From assembly GCA_002269645.1 (NCBI GenBank), contig NIVC01000815.1, positions 299,902 to 363,901 of the forward strand: a stretch of 64,000 nt of DNA. Direction: 5' to 3'. The notes under the pieces were generated by a model, which worked only from the letters and a program-made list of their open reading frames with translations, searched no databases and was not told where the DNA came from. Position 1 is the stretch's first letter. The number at the start of each line of letters is the position of its first letter. Positions 50,976 to 63,966 of the stretch are shown here, in pieces. The DNA comes from Macrostomum lignano. Its lineage: Eukaryota. Position numbers and translations under genes: made by a program.

Positions 50976-52189
50976 AACAGTATGTTGGACAGAGACAGAT
51001 CTAGGGAGTGTCGAGTGAGTCATCACTGCTGAATCACGCCATTTGCCTAATAGTTTGCCTTGCTTGATCATTTGGTAGGCGGCGCTTTGAGTGGCCTTGG
51101 GGATTCCCTGTCCGCCACCCCATTCCGTTTGTCGTCCAGTGTGCAGCCAACCCACGTCGGTTTAGCGTCGGTAAAAACCGATCGGCCAAAGTTATATACA
51201 TTCCTGAAGACAAGAGAAAACATTTGTCATATTAGGGTTAGGGTAGGGTTAGGTTTTGTGAGTTCTGTGTCGAAGTTGTGAAATGTCGGAGCTGTGAAAG
51301 CACCTCTATGTAGAATAAAAAATTAACATAGAATCCTAATTTTCTGAACGAAAAGCTTTATAAATATCGATAGAGCAATAAAAAAGGCACAACATATCAA
51401 AAGATGAACACTGGATCTGCCTCCTATCAAACGCAATAACAATTTTTGTGCTGAAAAAATGAAAACTTCCTATCTCCGTAGTGTATTTTTTCGGGAAAAA
51501 GTGCCTTCAAAACTTTTCTAAGAAACGAGGTTTCCCGTCCTTCTACTTAAGTCGTCCTTGCTCTGGCTGTGTATGCGGAATGAAGCAAAACACCCTATGA
51601 GTCGCGTTCGCCCGTTGAAGAGCGTTGCCACTCAGTGTGCACAGGTTTTGCCAGCGGGGGGGGGGTCAAAGCAGCCACAAAGATTCGCGTACTCCATCTT
51701 GGAGCCCATTCCAGCTTGAACTGAACTCCTAAGTTCTTAACTGTGGACTTGTCTGCTACAAGTAGCTTCTTATTTTATAATATTTTATAATATGACAATC
51801 AAGAAGCATACTAGATAATATGTGCTTACTGTAAGCAGTTTGAGTGCAGATCGCAGTGCATTTCTGCTGTCGTATACAACATGCAATAACAACATTGTTG
51901 GCTGGGAAAGTTGCTAAAGGCATCGCAAGTAAATAGGGGGAGTAAATACATTCCAACAGGATGCGGAATATTTTTTTACCCCTCACCGACCAAAGATTGG
52001 TACTACTAAGGGTCTGGTTAATAACCGTAGCACACGGGTGGCAACCCAGTATCTGGTTGGCACATAGCCATCGCCCATCTATTTTGAAAACTGCCCCATC
52101 TCAAAAGTAGCAAATAAGAAACAAATAGACTTAAAATGTCAATTAAATAGGAAACAGCTTATCTTAACAAATAAAAAAGGTAATATTAA

Positions 52190-54962
52190 GGGTGTGTATA
52201 AAAGCTGGCACTGGCACATTGGACACATTGGACACCCCTTTTTATAACAAAATTAGATATGAAAATGCAAAATAAACTTGCAGAGCTACTTTTAAAAAAT
52301 TTAAAAAAAATGATAATAATAGAAATGACATCCTTGCTTTTGTGATAAATGATTTGTTAAATATTCTTTGTATTATCGTTTTTTGTACATGTTTAATTTG
52401 GCATTCGATTTTTTAAAATAATCGCACATGCAAAAACTGTACAGCTTGCAATGCTATTACTCTGTGATTTTACTACCCCGAAGGTTCTGTACTACAGGCG
52501 TACCGATTTAATGCTAAATATGCCTGATATATGAAATGATCAAACTAATAGTCAGAACTCAATTCTCCATAAAATGATGAAGCATTCTGCTCTTATCAAA
52601 AAACCACAACTTATTTTGTTAGGATTACTTCATGAAGAACGAACTTTGGATATTCCAAATTGCAAGTATTTCTATAATAAAATAGTTAATACATTGGCAG
52701 ATTATTTGATGAAAAAATTGCACCCAAAAAGTTTTTTTTACTTTGAAAGATGATGAAAATATTAATAATTTCCAAGCTTCTTCTTTTATTAGTTCAATTA
52801 CTTTTTGTATGATTTCAACCAACAAAAAAGGAATAGCTACTCAGTGAAAGTTCAAATTACAGTCTCTTCTTTATATACAATCCTTTTAAGAAAACCTTTA
52901 TTATTATGAATAATTTGCCAAGTCATGATATTTAAGAAATTGTGCTAATCATTTAAATTATGAGTTAAAAAATGCAAGCATATAAGTAAAAAATCTACCC
53001 TACAGACCAAGAAGTCTTTTTACTGAAAAGTTATATGTGACGCTTTGAATAAACAACATATAAACCATCTTCACATAACATTAATTGTCATTTATTTCAG
53101 ACCTAAATCCTTTAGCACATTAAATATTCTGCACGTATGTTGCAGGGTATACTTCCTTCTTCTAAAATCCTACAAATGACACAAAGTTTTAATAGGCAAA
53201 TTTATTAGTATTGTTTATATTAATATTTCTATGTTTATGAGAAGTTTTCCAATAAGAACAAGTTCCCAATCATTAAAACACGATTTTTTAATTCTAATGT
53301 CTAAAATTATGGTGTTCTAAGGGACCAAGTGATAGGTTTTAAGCTACTATTAGCACCTGCATGATTTATGTATTTAATACCTACACATTCCTTAATATCT
53401 ATAGTTCGCCTAATTGCCTAATTGCTAACCCTAATTCTAGCCTTCTTGGCTTACAAGTTTGAGTCTTCACAGCATATTATTCAATGCAAGCCCTACTAAT
53501 TTTATTAGCCTCTCTTAATTTTATAAAATAATAATTTTCTTTAGTGTAACTGCTCCAAAAATTTCAACTTTAATTTAAGTGGTGTGCCGAAACACCACTT
53601 GCACCATTACAGCCCTGTCTATAATTTTTTTGTGCTAATTGGTTGACCACTTTCAATAATTTTCTTGGGTCAAGAGTGTGATATCTGCATATCGCAGCAT
53701 GAATTTTTTAAAGAATCCCTAATTTTATACAAGGAATCATATATATTTATAGAAAGTTAGCTCTTAGAGTAGAGATAAAGTACATAAGACTATTAAAAGC
53801 AACTTTTCATACAATTGCTTATGGTAATGATTTCTATTGTTATAAAGTTACAAATAAATAAAAAGTTACATTGCATTTAAACTGTACTTTATGAGTTGTA
53901 AGCCTTTCAACTCAGAGTGCACTTCAATTGCTTTAATATACATTGCTAGATGTTATTTAGCATTTCTTTGTTATTTATCATTTAACTCATTGCATTGTTT
54001 AATTGCTAATTTCATTTGCTCAGCTGCAATATTTATTACTTTTTTATTAATGCCAATGTTTGTTATACTTTTTCTCCCAATTTTTAGTGTTTGTGGTATT
54101 CTTTTGTGAAATTTTAATTTTTCAGCTGTATCTATCTTTACAAAAAATTGTACCTGTAAACTTATGGTTTTTTGCTTACAATGGTACTGTACTAAATTAT
54201 ATTTTATTTCCTTGTTAGATTCTCTAAATTGAAAAAGTAATGCACTGCTTTATTATCATGCATATTGAATATTAAGGATAGTTAGTATTCCTTCCTTGAA
54301 AAAGATTCTAGAGTTGGATTCTATTTGATAAGAGAATAAATAATTTATTGAGTTTAAATGTTTTTAAAACATTAATTAATTGCATTTTGATGGAAATCAT
54401 AACTTAAAAAATTATTCGTTTTTTTATTTAAGACACGGGGGATTTCAAAAGTCCATATTAACAACAAATCAAACATTAAAATTATGGGAGAGAGAGAGAG
54501 AGAGAAGTATTAGATTCACTTTCACCATTGCTGTTGATTTATGGAAAGGCAGTAAACAAGCCAGAGCAGCTGCAAATTGTCAAATATGCCATGTCCGGCT
54601 ATAAAATTCTGCAACTAGTCTGCTGCTCACTTTTTCCAACGTTTATTGAGGACAAGAAACGGCATTTAATGTTTCTATGTTTTCTGTAAGTGCACAAACT
54701 AGGTAAATGAAAATGACGTACCGAAAGTAGTTCGACAATAAAGCAAGATAAGAAATGAATTTAAATGTAGTATAAAACTTGTTGATACTACCAATCTCAT
54801 GGTTGTTAGAAGTATATGAAAAATGCAATTATAAATAAATATTTACATTTTCATTCGAAAGCCAAAGTATATTTATTCAAGCAAAACAACGACCAAAACT
54901 CGATTTTTGTTAACATAAGGGGTGTCCAATGTGCCAATGGTGCCCTGCTTTTATACAGACCC
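52190..54962. mobile_element. Mutator-like (MULE) non-autonomous or decayed element, 2.8 kb
   Basis: 9-bp TSD taatattaa (52181-52189 and 54963-54971); ~65-bp imperfect TIRs gggtgtgtataaaagc...ggacacccctt / aaggggtgtcc...gcttttatacagaccc. Confidence 0.75.
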
Positions 54963-56164
54963 TAATATTAAAAGTAACAAAGCAGTAAAATTAACTAACA
55001 AAGTAGTCTTAATTACCACGAGGTAGTAGAAAATTCTCTTTTTGTATTGCAAGTTTATAAATTAATTATAATATGTGGGGCATTGTGTAATTAAAATTAA
55101 AAGTCCTCAAAAATGAATTCGCCGAAACATTGCAATACTTTGCCAAAACATTACTTCACCGAAAAATTACTTTGCCGAAATGTTGCGTAGCCCTTGGGAT
55201 ATATTTATCAGGGAAATCTCTAGAATGAAATGTTTAGTGCCCTACAGGCCTACACATGGTCAGAAACTTTAGAAAGTTTGCAAAGGTTTAGTACAAGGTC
55301 ACTGTAGGTCTTACAAAATGACACAATTGATTTTTACCGAAATTGTACCGATTAGAAAGTTTGGCTTGCATGTAGGTAGGCCTATTGTAGTATATAAAAT
55401 GAATAGAATTACTTATCTACTTACTTTATTTATTGCTCAATGCTAAAAATATTTACCAATTACCATTTGATTAAATAATCTAAGTGAAGGTCTTATTTCA
55501 GTGACATTAATAGGCCTAGGCTGGCTTAGCCCTAATTTAATTTGATTTATGATTACATCATAATAGTGCCCAGTAAATCAATAATTTTATTTTATAGGCC
55601 AGAGAAAGAATACATGTTATAGGCCTACTACAAGGAAATATTGCATATTATAATCATATATATACTTAGGGCTAGGGTAGGCCTAGATATTAGGGGGAAG
55701 CTAAAAGGGCCATTCCCCCACTTCTTAGGTCTAGCCATTGCCAAAAAAATTTGAGCCATATTTTTATGATCTATAACTTTGCAAGGTCTATTTTCCAACA
55801 TAGGGTTGTAATTGTTTAATATAGCTTGCCCCTTTAAAAAAATTCTAGATCTAGGCCTATCTTTATGTTTTATGCACAATTGGTAAACTAAACCCTAATA
55901 TTAAAAATCTAACAAGAGAAGAAAGGAGGATATATATACATTTATATTTAAAGCTGAGTGGATTGGCCAGGTTTATTACATATATATATATGAAGCCAAC
56001 TCTTCTATTGAAGGAAAAAAACTCACATTGCTAAAAGTCTATTCCCTAAAATCCCATGACCTAAATCCCATTTTCCAAATCCTCTCCAACTTGTCTATAG
56101 ACCCAGCTTAAAAACTCTCAAGTACCATATCTTGTTTTTTCTATTTGAAAAAATTGACCAGTTG

Positions 56165-56515
56165 CTATCATCTAGATTGACTCTTTCTCTCTCCTCTTTC
56201 CTCTCTCCTTTCTTATTTCTAAACTTTCCTTTCCTCTTTGCTCTTATCTCTTATCTCATATTTACTCTCTTATCTATTATCTTTCTTTTCTCTTCTTTCT
56301 TTTTTCCTTTTTCATCTTGCTTCTCTTTTTCCTCTTTTCTTTTCCCTTTTCTTGCTTCTCTCTTTCTTCTTCTCTTATCTCCTATCTCTCCTCTCTCCTC
56401 TCTGTGCTCTTATTTCTATTCTTTTTTACTTTGTCTATACTTTCTGTTCTCTACTTTCTTATCTCTCTTCTCATTTCTCTTATCTTTTCTCTCATTTCTC
56501 ATCTCTATCTCTATC
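56165..56515. repeat. Degenerate CT-rich low-complexity tract
   Basis: Direct inspection. Confidence 0.85.
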
Positions 56516-56788
56516 TTGTAATCCTATTTTAGGCATAAAGTATGTCTTAAAAATCATTAATGGCACTTTTTGAAAACATTTTGTGCCAAATGGCTTTGCA
56601 TGAGGTCATTGCCAATAAAAAGTTAGGTGCTCACTATCCATAGAGTCTAAAAAAATTCGAATGTTCTTGCAAATCTTCAGATTTTATGGAAATGGTTCAT
56701 AGGTTTGGAATATCTATATTCTATACATTTCTATACCATATTTTTGTACACAAAAATCTGTATAATTTCTAACCATATTTCTTAACTG

Positions 56789-59700
56789 ATGGAGAAGCAG
56801 GAGCCATACAAGGACGCTCTGAACTTTGACCATGTGTTTCGGCACATTCAGTCAGCGCCATTGCTGACGCTGGACAATGTGTTGAACTTCCTGCTGACTA
56901 CAGGCGGCAGCGCCACGGTGCCAGAATTCCTGGAGAGATTCGCATTGGCATCAAATTTCCCACTGGATCAGTGGCTGTCGGATCAGCCAGGCGGGAAGCT
57001 CATTCTGTGTGAGGGGCGGCTCAATGCTTATCCTTGTGTTCGAATTTGCCAGTTCTACAATGGCGCCAAGGACAGCTGCACGAATCCGAAGTGCAAGCGG
57101 CTGCACTTCTGTCTGTGGTGGCTGGGCGACCCAGATGGAAGGGTGCACAATGGACAGTGCGGTCTGGTTCACGGACTGGGAGATGCGCGCAATAAGGAGG
57201 TCTGTCAACTGCTGTTTTGTGCTGTCAGTAACTTATGTTTTGTGCTGCTTCATGCTGTCAGTAATTGCTGTTTTGTGCTGTCAGTAATTGCTGTTTTGTG
57301 CTGTCAGTAATTGCTGTTTTGTGTTGTCAGTTATTGCTGTTTTGTGCTGTTAATAACTGCTGTTTTGTGCTGTCGGTAACTGCTGTTTTGTGCTGTCAGT
57401 TATTGCTGTTTTGTGCTGTTAATAACTGCTGTTTTGTGCTGTCGGTAACTGCTGTTTTGTGCTGTCAGTTATTGCTGTTTTGTGCTGTTAATAACTGCTG
57501 TTTTGTGCTGTCGGTAACTGCTGTTTTGTGCTGTCAATAATTGCTGTTTTGTGCTGTCAATAACTGCTGTTTTTTGCTGTCAGTAACTGATGTTTTGTGC
57601 TGCTTCATGCTGTCAGTAGTGCTGTTTTATGCTGTCAATAATAGCTGTTTTGTGCTGTTTCATGCTGTCAGTAATATCTGTTTTGTGCTGTTTCATGCTG
57701 TCAGTAGCTGCTGTTTTGTGCTGTCAGTAATTGCTGTTTCATGCTGTCAGTAGCTGCTGTTTTGTGCTGTCAGTAATTGCTGTTTTGTGCTGTTAATAAC
57801 TGCTGTTTTTTGCTGTCAGTAATATCTGTTTTGTGCTGTTTCATTCTGTCAGTAGCTGCTGTTTTGTGCTGTTTTATGCTGTCAGTGACTCAGTATATTC
57901 TATTATGTGCTATGAGCAATTGCTGTCTTATGCTTTTAGTGATTGCTGATTGCTGTTTTAGGCTGTAACTAAATGCTGTTTTGTGCTGTCATCACGATTT
58001 CCCTCTGTCACCTGCAGCTCCAGCTGTACTTGTCATCACAGCCATCCAATCAGTCACCTGCTTGTCATCACAGCCATCATCCAATCAGTCACCTGCAGCT
58101 CCAGCTGTACTCGTCATCACAGCCATCATCCAATCAGTCAGTCAGTCACCTGCAGCTCCAGCTGTACTCGTCATCACAGCCATCATCCAATCAGTCACCT
58201 GCAGCTTCAGCTGTACTCGTCATCACAGCCATCATCCAATCAGTCACCTGCAGCTTCAGCTGTACTCGTCATCACAGCCATCATCCAATCAGTCACCTGC
58301 AGCTCCAGCTGTACTCGTCATCACAGCCATCATCTAATCATTCACCTGCAGCTTCAGCTGTACTCGTCATCACAGCCATCATCTAATCATTCACCCGCCC
58401 GCAGCTGCTTGCCCGCATTGGCCTCGGCGCAGTCGGCAGCCAGAAGGTCCTCGAGCTGCTGCGTGCGAGCCATCCAGCTGTGTGCGCCAAGTACAACACA
58501 GACAGCGGGTGTTCCGATGCCCGCTGCCCCGACATTCACATTTGCAACAACGCGCTGCACAGGGAAAACAAGCTGGCTAAGCAGCTGTGCCCCTGCCACA
58601 GGCGGCACGTCCTGGAGCCCGCCGCCAAGGACCCGGAGACGGCGGCCAAGCTGGCCAGGTTCGGCCTGGACGACAGCAACCTGAACTTCCTCGCCAGATC
58701 CTTCCTGGTACCCGCTGCGCTGCGAAACTCCCTGCCTACCATGGCCGGTGTCCCCGGACCCGCCCCTGCGCCCGCCCCTGCGCCCGAACCTGAGCCCACC
58801 CCGAGCCTGCCGCCCCCGCTGCCGGACGTGTCGGCCCTCGGCCTCGGCCTTCGCCCCGCCTACGCCGCGCTGATTCGCCGCAGTGGCCGAGCCGCACTGT
58901 CGGAGCTGCTGGCCGACCTGAAACTGCCGAGCGACTTCCCGCTGGAGCAGTGGCGGGACAGCATCGACGAGTTGATGAAGCCGCTGCAGAGCATGATTGA
59001 CATCTACAAGGATGCTGTGAGCAGACAGCCGGTCAGCGTGAATGTGTTTCGCCGCTTCCGCATCTGCCCGATGCACAACGGGGCACCGAAGTCCTGCCAG
59101 AATGCGGACTGCTGCCAGCTGCACCTGTGCCTGTGGTTTCTGGCCGACCCCGACGGCAAAGTGCATGATAAGGTGGGTAGATGCACTTTAATTATGTGGA
59201 TCAATATCCCCTTCCTGCAATCAGTCTCATCCAAATAATGAAGTGGAAACAGCATGAAGACTGTTTTGCGACGTGACTAGTCAACAACTAACGAGTCTGG
59301 AAGAGGGTTCCTTCATAAATCTAGGAGCCCATTTTTTTTAAATATCAACGTACCCCGTCGGGAAATAATTGTCCCTTAACGGTGTCAAATGGCACACGAA
59401 AAAGGGAAAAAAATTTTAAAAAATTCTTGATTCGTAACAAAAATTCGCAGTTTTAACTTTTCCACAACTGTGCAATTTGTTCCGTTTGGCACAGTAATAT
59501 GCTGATTAGCATAACTGTGCCAATTGGAATAGTAGTGCTTAGTTGGCAGAATTGCAGACTTTGCTGGGACAATTATTTCCCACCGGGGCCGTAGCGCATA
59601 TTATTAAACAGACGCTGGCTCAGGGGTCAGCAAAGCACCCGTTGGTGGAAAACAGCTGAGTCAGAACTGAGGATAGAACTGTAAGAAATGTTTTGAATAA

Positions 59701-62700
59701 TAAAAATATCGACGGCTATAGCTTTTTGCAGCCCATTTGGGCTTACGCTCATTGAATTTAATCCAATACGTTTGCCAATATAATGGAGCTTTTGTCTATG
59801 GTGGCAAGGCTGGCACAGTGGCATTCAATTTGGTCCAAACGCTCGTGAGCCAGTCGGCCAAGCTCTTGAATTCTCGCAACCATCTGTGGGCTGTTGCGTA
59901 CCGCTGGAATGTCAGCGTCTCTACCGACAATTTTCAGTCGCTCTTCCAGATCTCTGCTCATAGTCGAGATCTGATAACCAACTGGAACTGTTCCTTCAAC
60001 TTCTGTTGCATTTCGGCAACGTCAACAAGGGTTCGACCATGGAGGAAAGAATAGAATGGAGTGCTAATCTGAGCCAGTTATTTTTATCTCGCTCGATCTT
60101 AACTTTTAACATCCCTTCCCCCCCGTTCTTTCCTATTGGCTCGTGACTGCCATAGACAAATTATTTTTCGTCTCGTTTTCGTTTTCGTTCCCCTCTGAAA
60201 GGTCTGTCCCAGCATAGTATGAGCTCGCATCAAAATATGCTTTCAGCCAATAGGAAGGAACGGGGGGGGGAAAGGGATGTTAAAAGCGAAAATCGAGCGA
60301 GATAAAAATAACTGGCTCAGATTAGCACTCCATTCTATTCTTTCCTCCATGGGTTCGACTCAACTGCATCGAGTAGCAGTTGGACTTGAGGCTCTTGAGC
60401 AACTTGCCTTGGCGATTGCTATCCTTTTGCAGGCGAGCTCTGCCGGCAGTGGTTTTAACGCGCTGATTAATGCTGTAAACCATCTTTTCTTTTACATTAA
60501 GCAACCTTGTAATGTCATTTGGGTGTTCAATCAGAAGCCAATGGCATTCGTTCGAGTTCGAGACAGCCTAGCATATGGTCCACAATTCTGGGGCTGATCT
60601 TGCTCCTCCGAAACAGTTGCTACGGACCAAATTGATGCTTGTTGTTGGACCAAATTAAATGCTGCTGTGCTACCCATTTGCTACCATAGACAAAAGCTCA
60701 CTTTGGCAAACGTATCTCGGATTAAATTCAATAATATGTGTGGGCCCAAATGGGCTGCGAAAATTTTCTTTTTAACCACTAGCAAAATATAATTCATCTC
60801 CTATTAGGCAAAATGCCAGCTGTGTCACGACCTATTCGGTCGGAACCATCGGATTCGACAGGCGCTGGGCATTGGTGTGAAATACAAACAGGCCGATATT
60901 ATTAGTCTGCTACGTGCATGTCATCCGAATGTCTGCTTAGACTACAACACTGAGCCGGGCTGCAGCCGACCCAACTGTCCCTACATCCACGTGTGCAACA
61001 ACGCTCTACGCTCCGGCCTGCAGGCTAGCATTGACAAGGCTAATAAAAAGCAGACACAGATCACTTGCGCCTGTCTTAGGCAGCACAAACTGGAGCAGGA
61101 CAGCGTGGCAAAGCTGCAGGCCTACGGGCTGGCTGACGAGAAGCTCAGTCTTGTGTTTCGCTCCTATCTGGTGCCGGCTGCGCTACCGAGACGCGCTAAG
61201 GTCGATCCGCCGGACAATACTAAGCCAGCTAAATTCGATAAGGCCAAGGCTAAAGAGGCCACAAAATCCAAACAGAAGGCTGCTACAGCTGAGGAGAAAC
61301 CAACTGCTAAAAAAGCCACCCGAGCCTGCCACCCCCGCTGCCCGACGTGTCGGCCCTCGGCCTCGGCCTTCGCTCCGCCTACGCCGCGCTGATTCGCCGC
61401 AGCGGCCGAGCCGCACCGTCGGAGCTGCTGGCCGACCTGAAACTGCCGAGCGGCTTCCCGCTGGAGCAGTGGCGGGACAGCATCGACGAGTTGATGAAGC
61501 CGCTGCAGAGCATGATTGACATCTACAAGGATGCTGTGAGCGGACAGCCGGTCAGCGTGAATGTGTTTCGCCGCTTCCGCATCTGCCCGATGCACAACGG
61601 GGCACCGAAGTCCTGCCAGAATGCGGACTGCTGCCAGCTGCACCTGTGCCTGTGGTTTCTGGCCGACCCCGACGGCAAAGTGCATGATAAGGTGGGGAGA
61701 TGCGTTTGAATTGTGCAATTTGATTTGATCAATATCCCCTTCCTGCAATCAGTCTCATCCCGCAACTGAGTCTGCAACATGAAGTTAATTACTCAGCTCA
61801 GAATCCCACAGCTCAGAATCCCATAGCTCAGAATCCCACAGCTCAGAATCCCATAGCTCAGAATCCCATAGCTCAGAATCCCACAGCTCACAGCCCCACT
61901 GCTCAGAATCCCACAGCTCACAGCCCCACTGCTCAGAATCCCACAGCTCACAGCCCCACTGCTCAGAATCCCACAGCTCACAGCCCCACTGCTCAGAATC
62001 CCACAGCTCACAGCCCCACTGCTCAGAATCCCACAGCTCACAGCCCCACTGCTCAGAATCCCACAGCTCAGAATCCCACTGCTCAGAATCCCACAGCTCA
62101 GAATCCCACTGCTCAGAATCCCACAGCTCACAGCCCCACTGCTCAGAATCCCACAGCTCAGAATCCCACAGCTCAAAATCCCACAGCTCACAGCCCCACT
62201 GCTCAGAATCCCACAGCTCAGAATCCCACAGCTCAGAATCCCACAGCTCAGAATCCCACAGCTCAAAATCCCACAGCTCACAGCCCCACTGCTCAGAATC
62301 CCACAGCTCAGAATCCCACAGCTCAAAATCCCACAGCTCACAGCCCCACTGCTCAGAATCCCACAGCTCAAAGTCCCTCATTAAAAATGCCCCAATGCCC
62401 CATCCGCATTCCTCAGGCGGACTGCAGGCTCTGCCACGACCTCAGCGGCCGCAACCACCGAATTCGCAGCGCTTTGGGCATCGCAGACGGCCTGAAACAG
62501 CGGGAGGTGCTCAACCTGCTGCTGGCCAGCCACCCGAAGGTGTGCTCAGCCTACAACTCAGAATCCGGCTGTCAACAAGCTGACTGTGCCGACATTCACC
62601 TGTGCAACAACGTCAAGTTCAAGCAGTGCGGCAAGTGCCGCTGCCGCAGGCAGCACGTGCTGAGCATGGATGAGCAGACCAAGATGAAGCTGTTCCCCTT

Positions 62701-63966
62701 CGACATGGACAAGATGGAGCCTGGTCACGTGCTCAGGTCTTTCCTGATTCCCGCCGCGCTGCCCAACACCAACCCAAACGAAAAACCCGAGCCTCCAGCC
62801 GCGGCCTCTCAGCAAGAGTTATCGAAACCAAAGGATTTGGCCCCTTCCGAGCAGGCCAAGGGCAAAAAGGCCAAGCCAGAAGTGCCTAGCCTATTAAATA
62901 TTAATGCCGCTCAAGGCGTCGGCTTAAAGCCGCAACCGCAGGAGCAGCAGCATCAGAAAAAGAAAAAGCAGAAGACTCATTCTGTTGCTTCCGATTTATC
63001 CAGTGAACCCGACACTGCTGGGCTAAAAAAACAACAACAGCAACAGCAGCAGCAGAAGGCTGACTTGCAAAGCAAGCGCCAAAACAAGCTGTCCGCAGGC
63101 AGTGTGCCAAACATTGCAAAGTTGAAACTCGGCAGCAGCCCAAAAGCGCAGCAAAAGCCGCCCGTTGCCTCAGCCGCCGCCAATCCAAAGGCGTCTCGTG
63201 CCGCTCCTAGCGAGGAAACCCTGTGCGAGGAGTTCCTCCGGCACGAATGCTTCTCCCAGAATTGTCCTCGGCGGCACTGCCCTCACAAGGTCCCTTATCT
63301 GTGGCAGTGGCGGGCCGCCCACTGGCCGCCGGGCCGCTGGCAGGACGTGGACGCCGCGCTGAACGAGCAGCTGGAGGCGGCCTTCTGCCAGCCCGACCGC
63401 TCCGACTTGGTGACGGTCGGCAGCGGCGAGCTCGGCTCCGAGTTCCCCGGTCAGCTGACGCTGTCGTTCGTTGCCGGTTCGGCCGATAGATTCGAGATTC
63501 GGTCGGTCTCGGGACACCTGAAGCCTCCCGGCGGCCTCCGCTGCCTCCGCACGGAGAGCCGCGCCAGCCTCCACCGGCCCCTGGCCACCAACTGGCGCTG
63601 GTTCTTCCTTGGCAGCCACGGCGCCTGGAGCTCCGTTGAGATTCTTCCAGAGCCCGGCCTCAACGACAAGCTCGAGGAAGCGTTTTGCCGCGGCGACTCC
63701 AGCTTGACTGTCGGGCAGTGCGGCTGCAAGCTCGACTCGATGCTCATCTCCATGCCCGGAGCTCCGCAGGAGATGCCGCTACGTCGCAGGCCGGCGCCAC
63801 GGATGCAACCGGTGACCCATCCGCTCATGTCGGTGCAACAACCGGGTCTGTTCTATCCAGGCCAGAACCCTGTCATGGGCATCGGCCAGCCGTCCATGTA
63901 TCCCACTATGCCAACCTACGGCTACTCAATGGGTCAGATGAGCGGCCAGCAGGGCCCGGTGCATAG
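56789..63966 (+). CDS. ZAP/PARP12-like CCCH-WWE protein, copy B (5'-truncated paralogue, one 1-bp frameshift, continues beyond window)
   Basis: Exons 56789-57199, 58405-59172, 60808-61691 and 62417-63966 (donor gtgag at 63967). Near-identical in inverted orientation to copy A exons 3-6. Exon 60808-61691 is 884 nt: one C is missing in ccaccc(c)gagc at ~61320 relative to the paralogous 58795-58806, giving a stop at 61390-61392 unless this is a sequencing error. Confidence 0.7.
59353..59591. mobile_element. Short MITE, 23-bp TIR, probable TA target
   Basis: ccccgtcgggaaataattgtccc / gggacaattatttcccaccgggg (21/23). Confidence 0.75.
59721..60768. mobile_element. Older long-TIR element (~115-bp degenerate TIRs) hosting a younger MITE
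   Basis: gcagcccatttggg...ttgaatttaatcc...tacgtttgcca...agcttttgtctatggt...aatttggtccaa mirrored at 60645-60768. Confidence 0.7.
60038..60351. mobile_element. Young palindromic MITE, 314 bp, ~105-bp TIR, 8-bp TSD
   Basis: catggaggaaagaatagaatggagtgctaatctgagccag... mirrored almost perfectly; TSD ggttcgac at 60030-60037 and 60352-60359. Confidence 0.92.
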
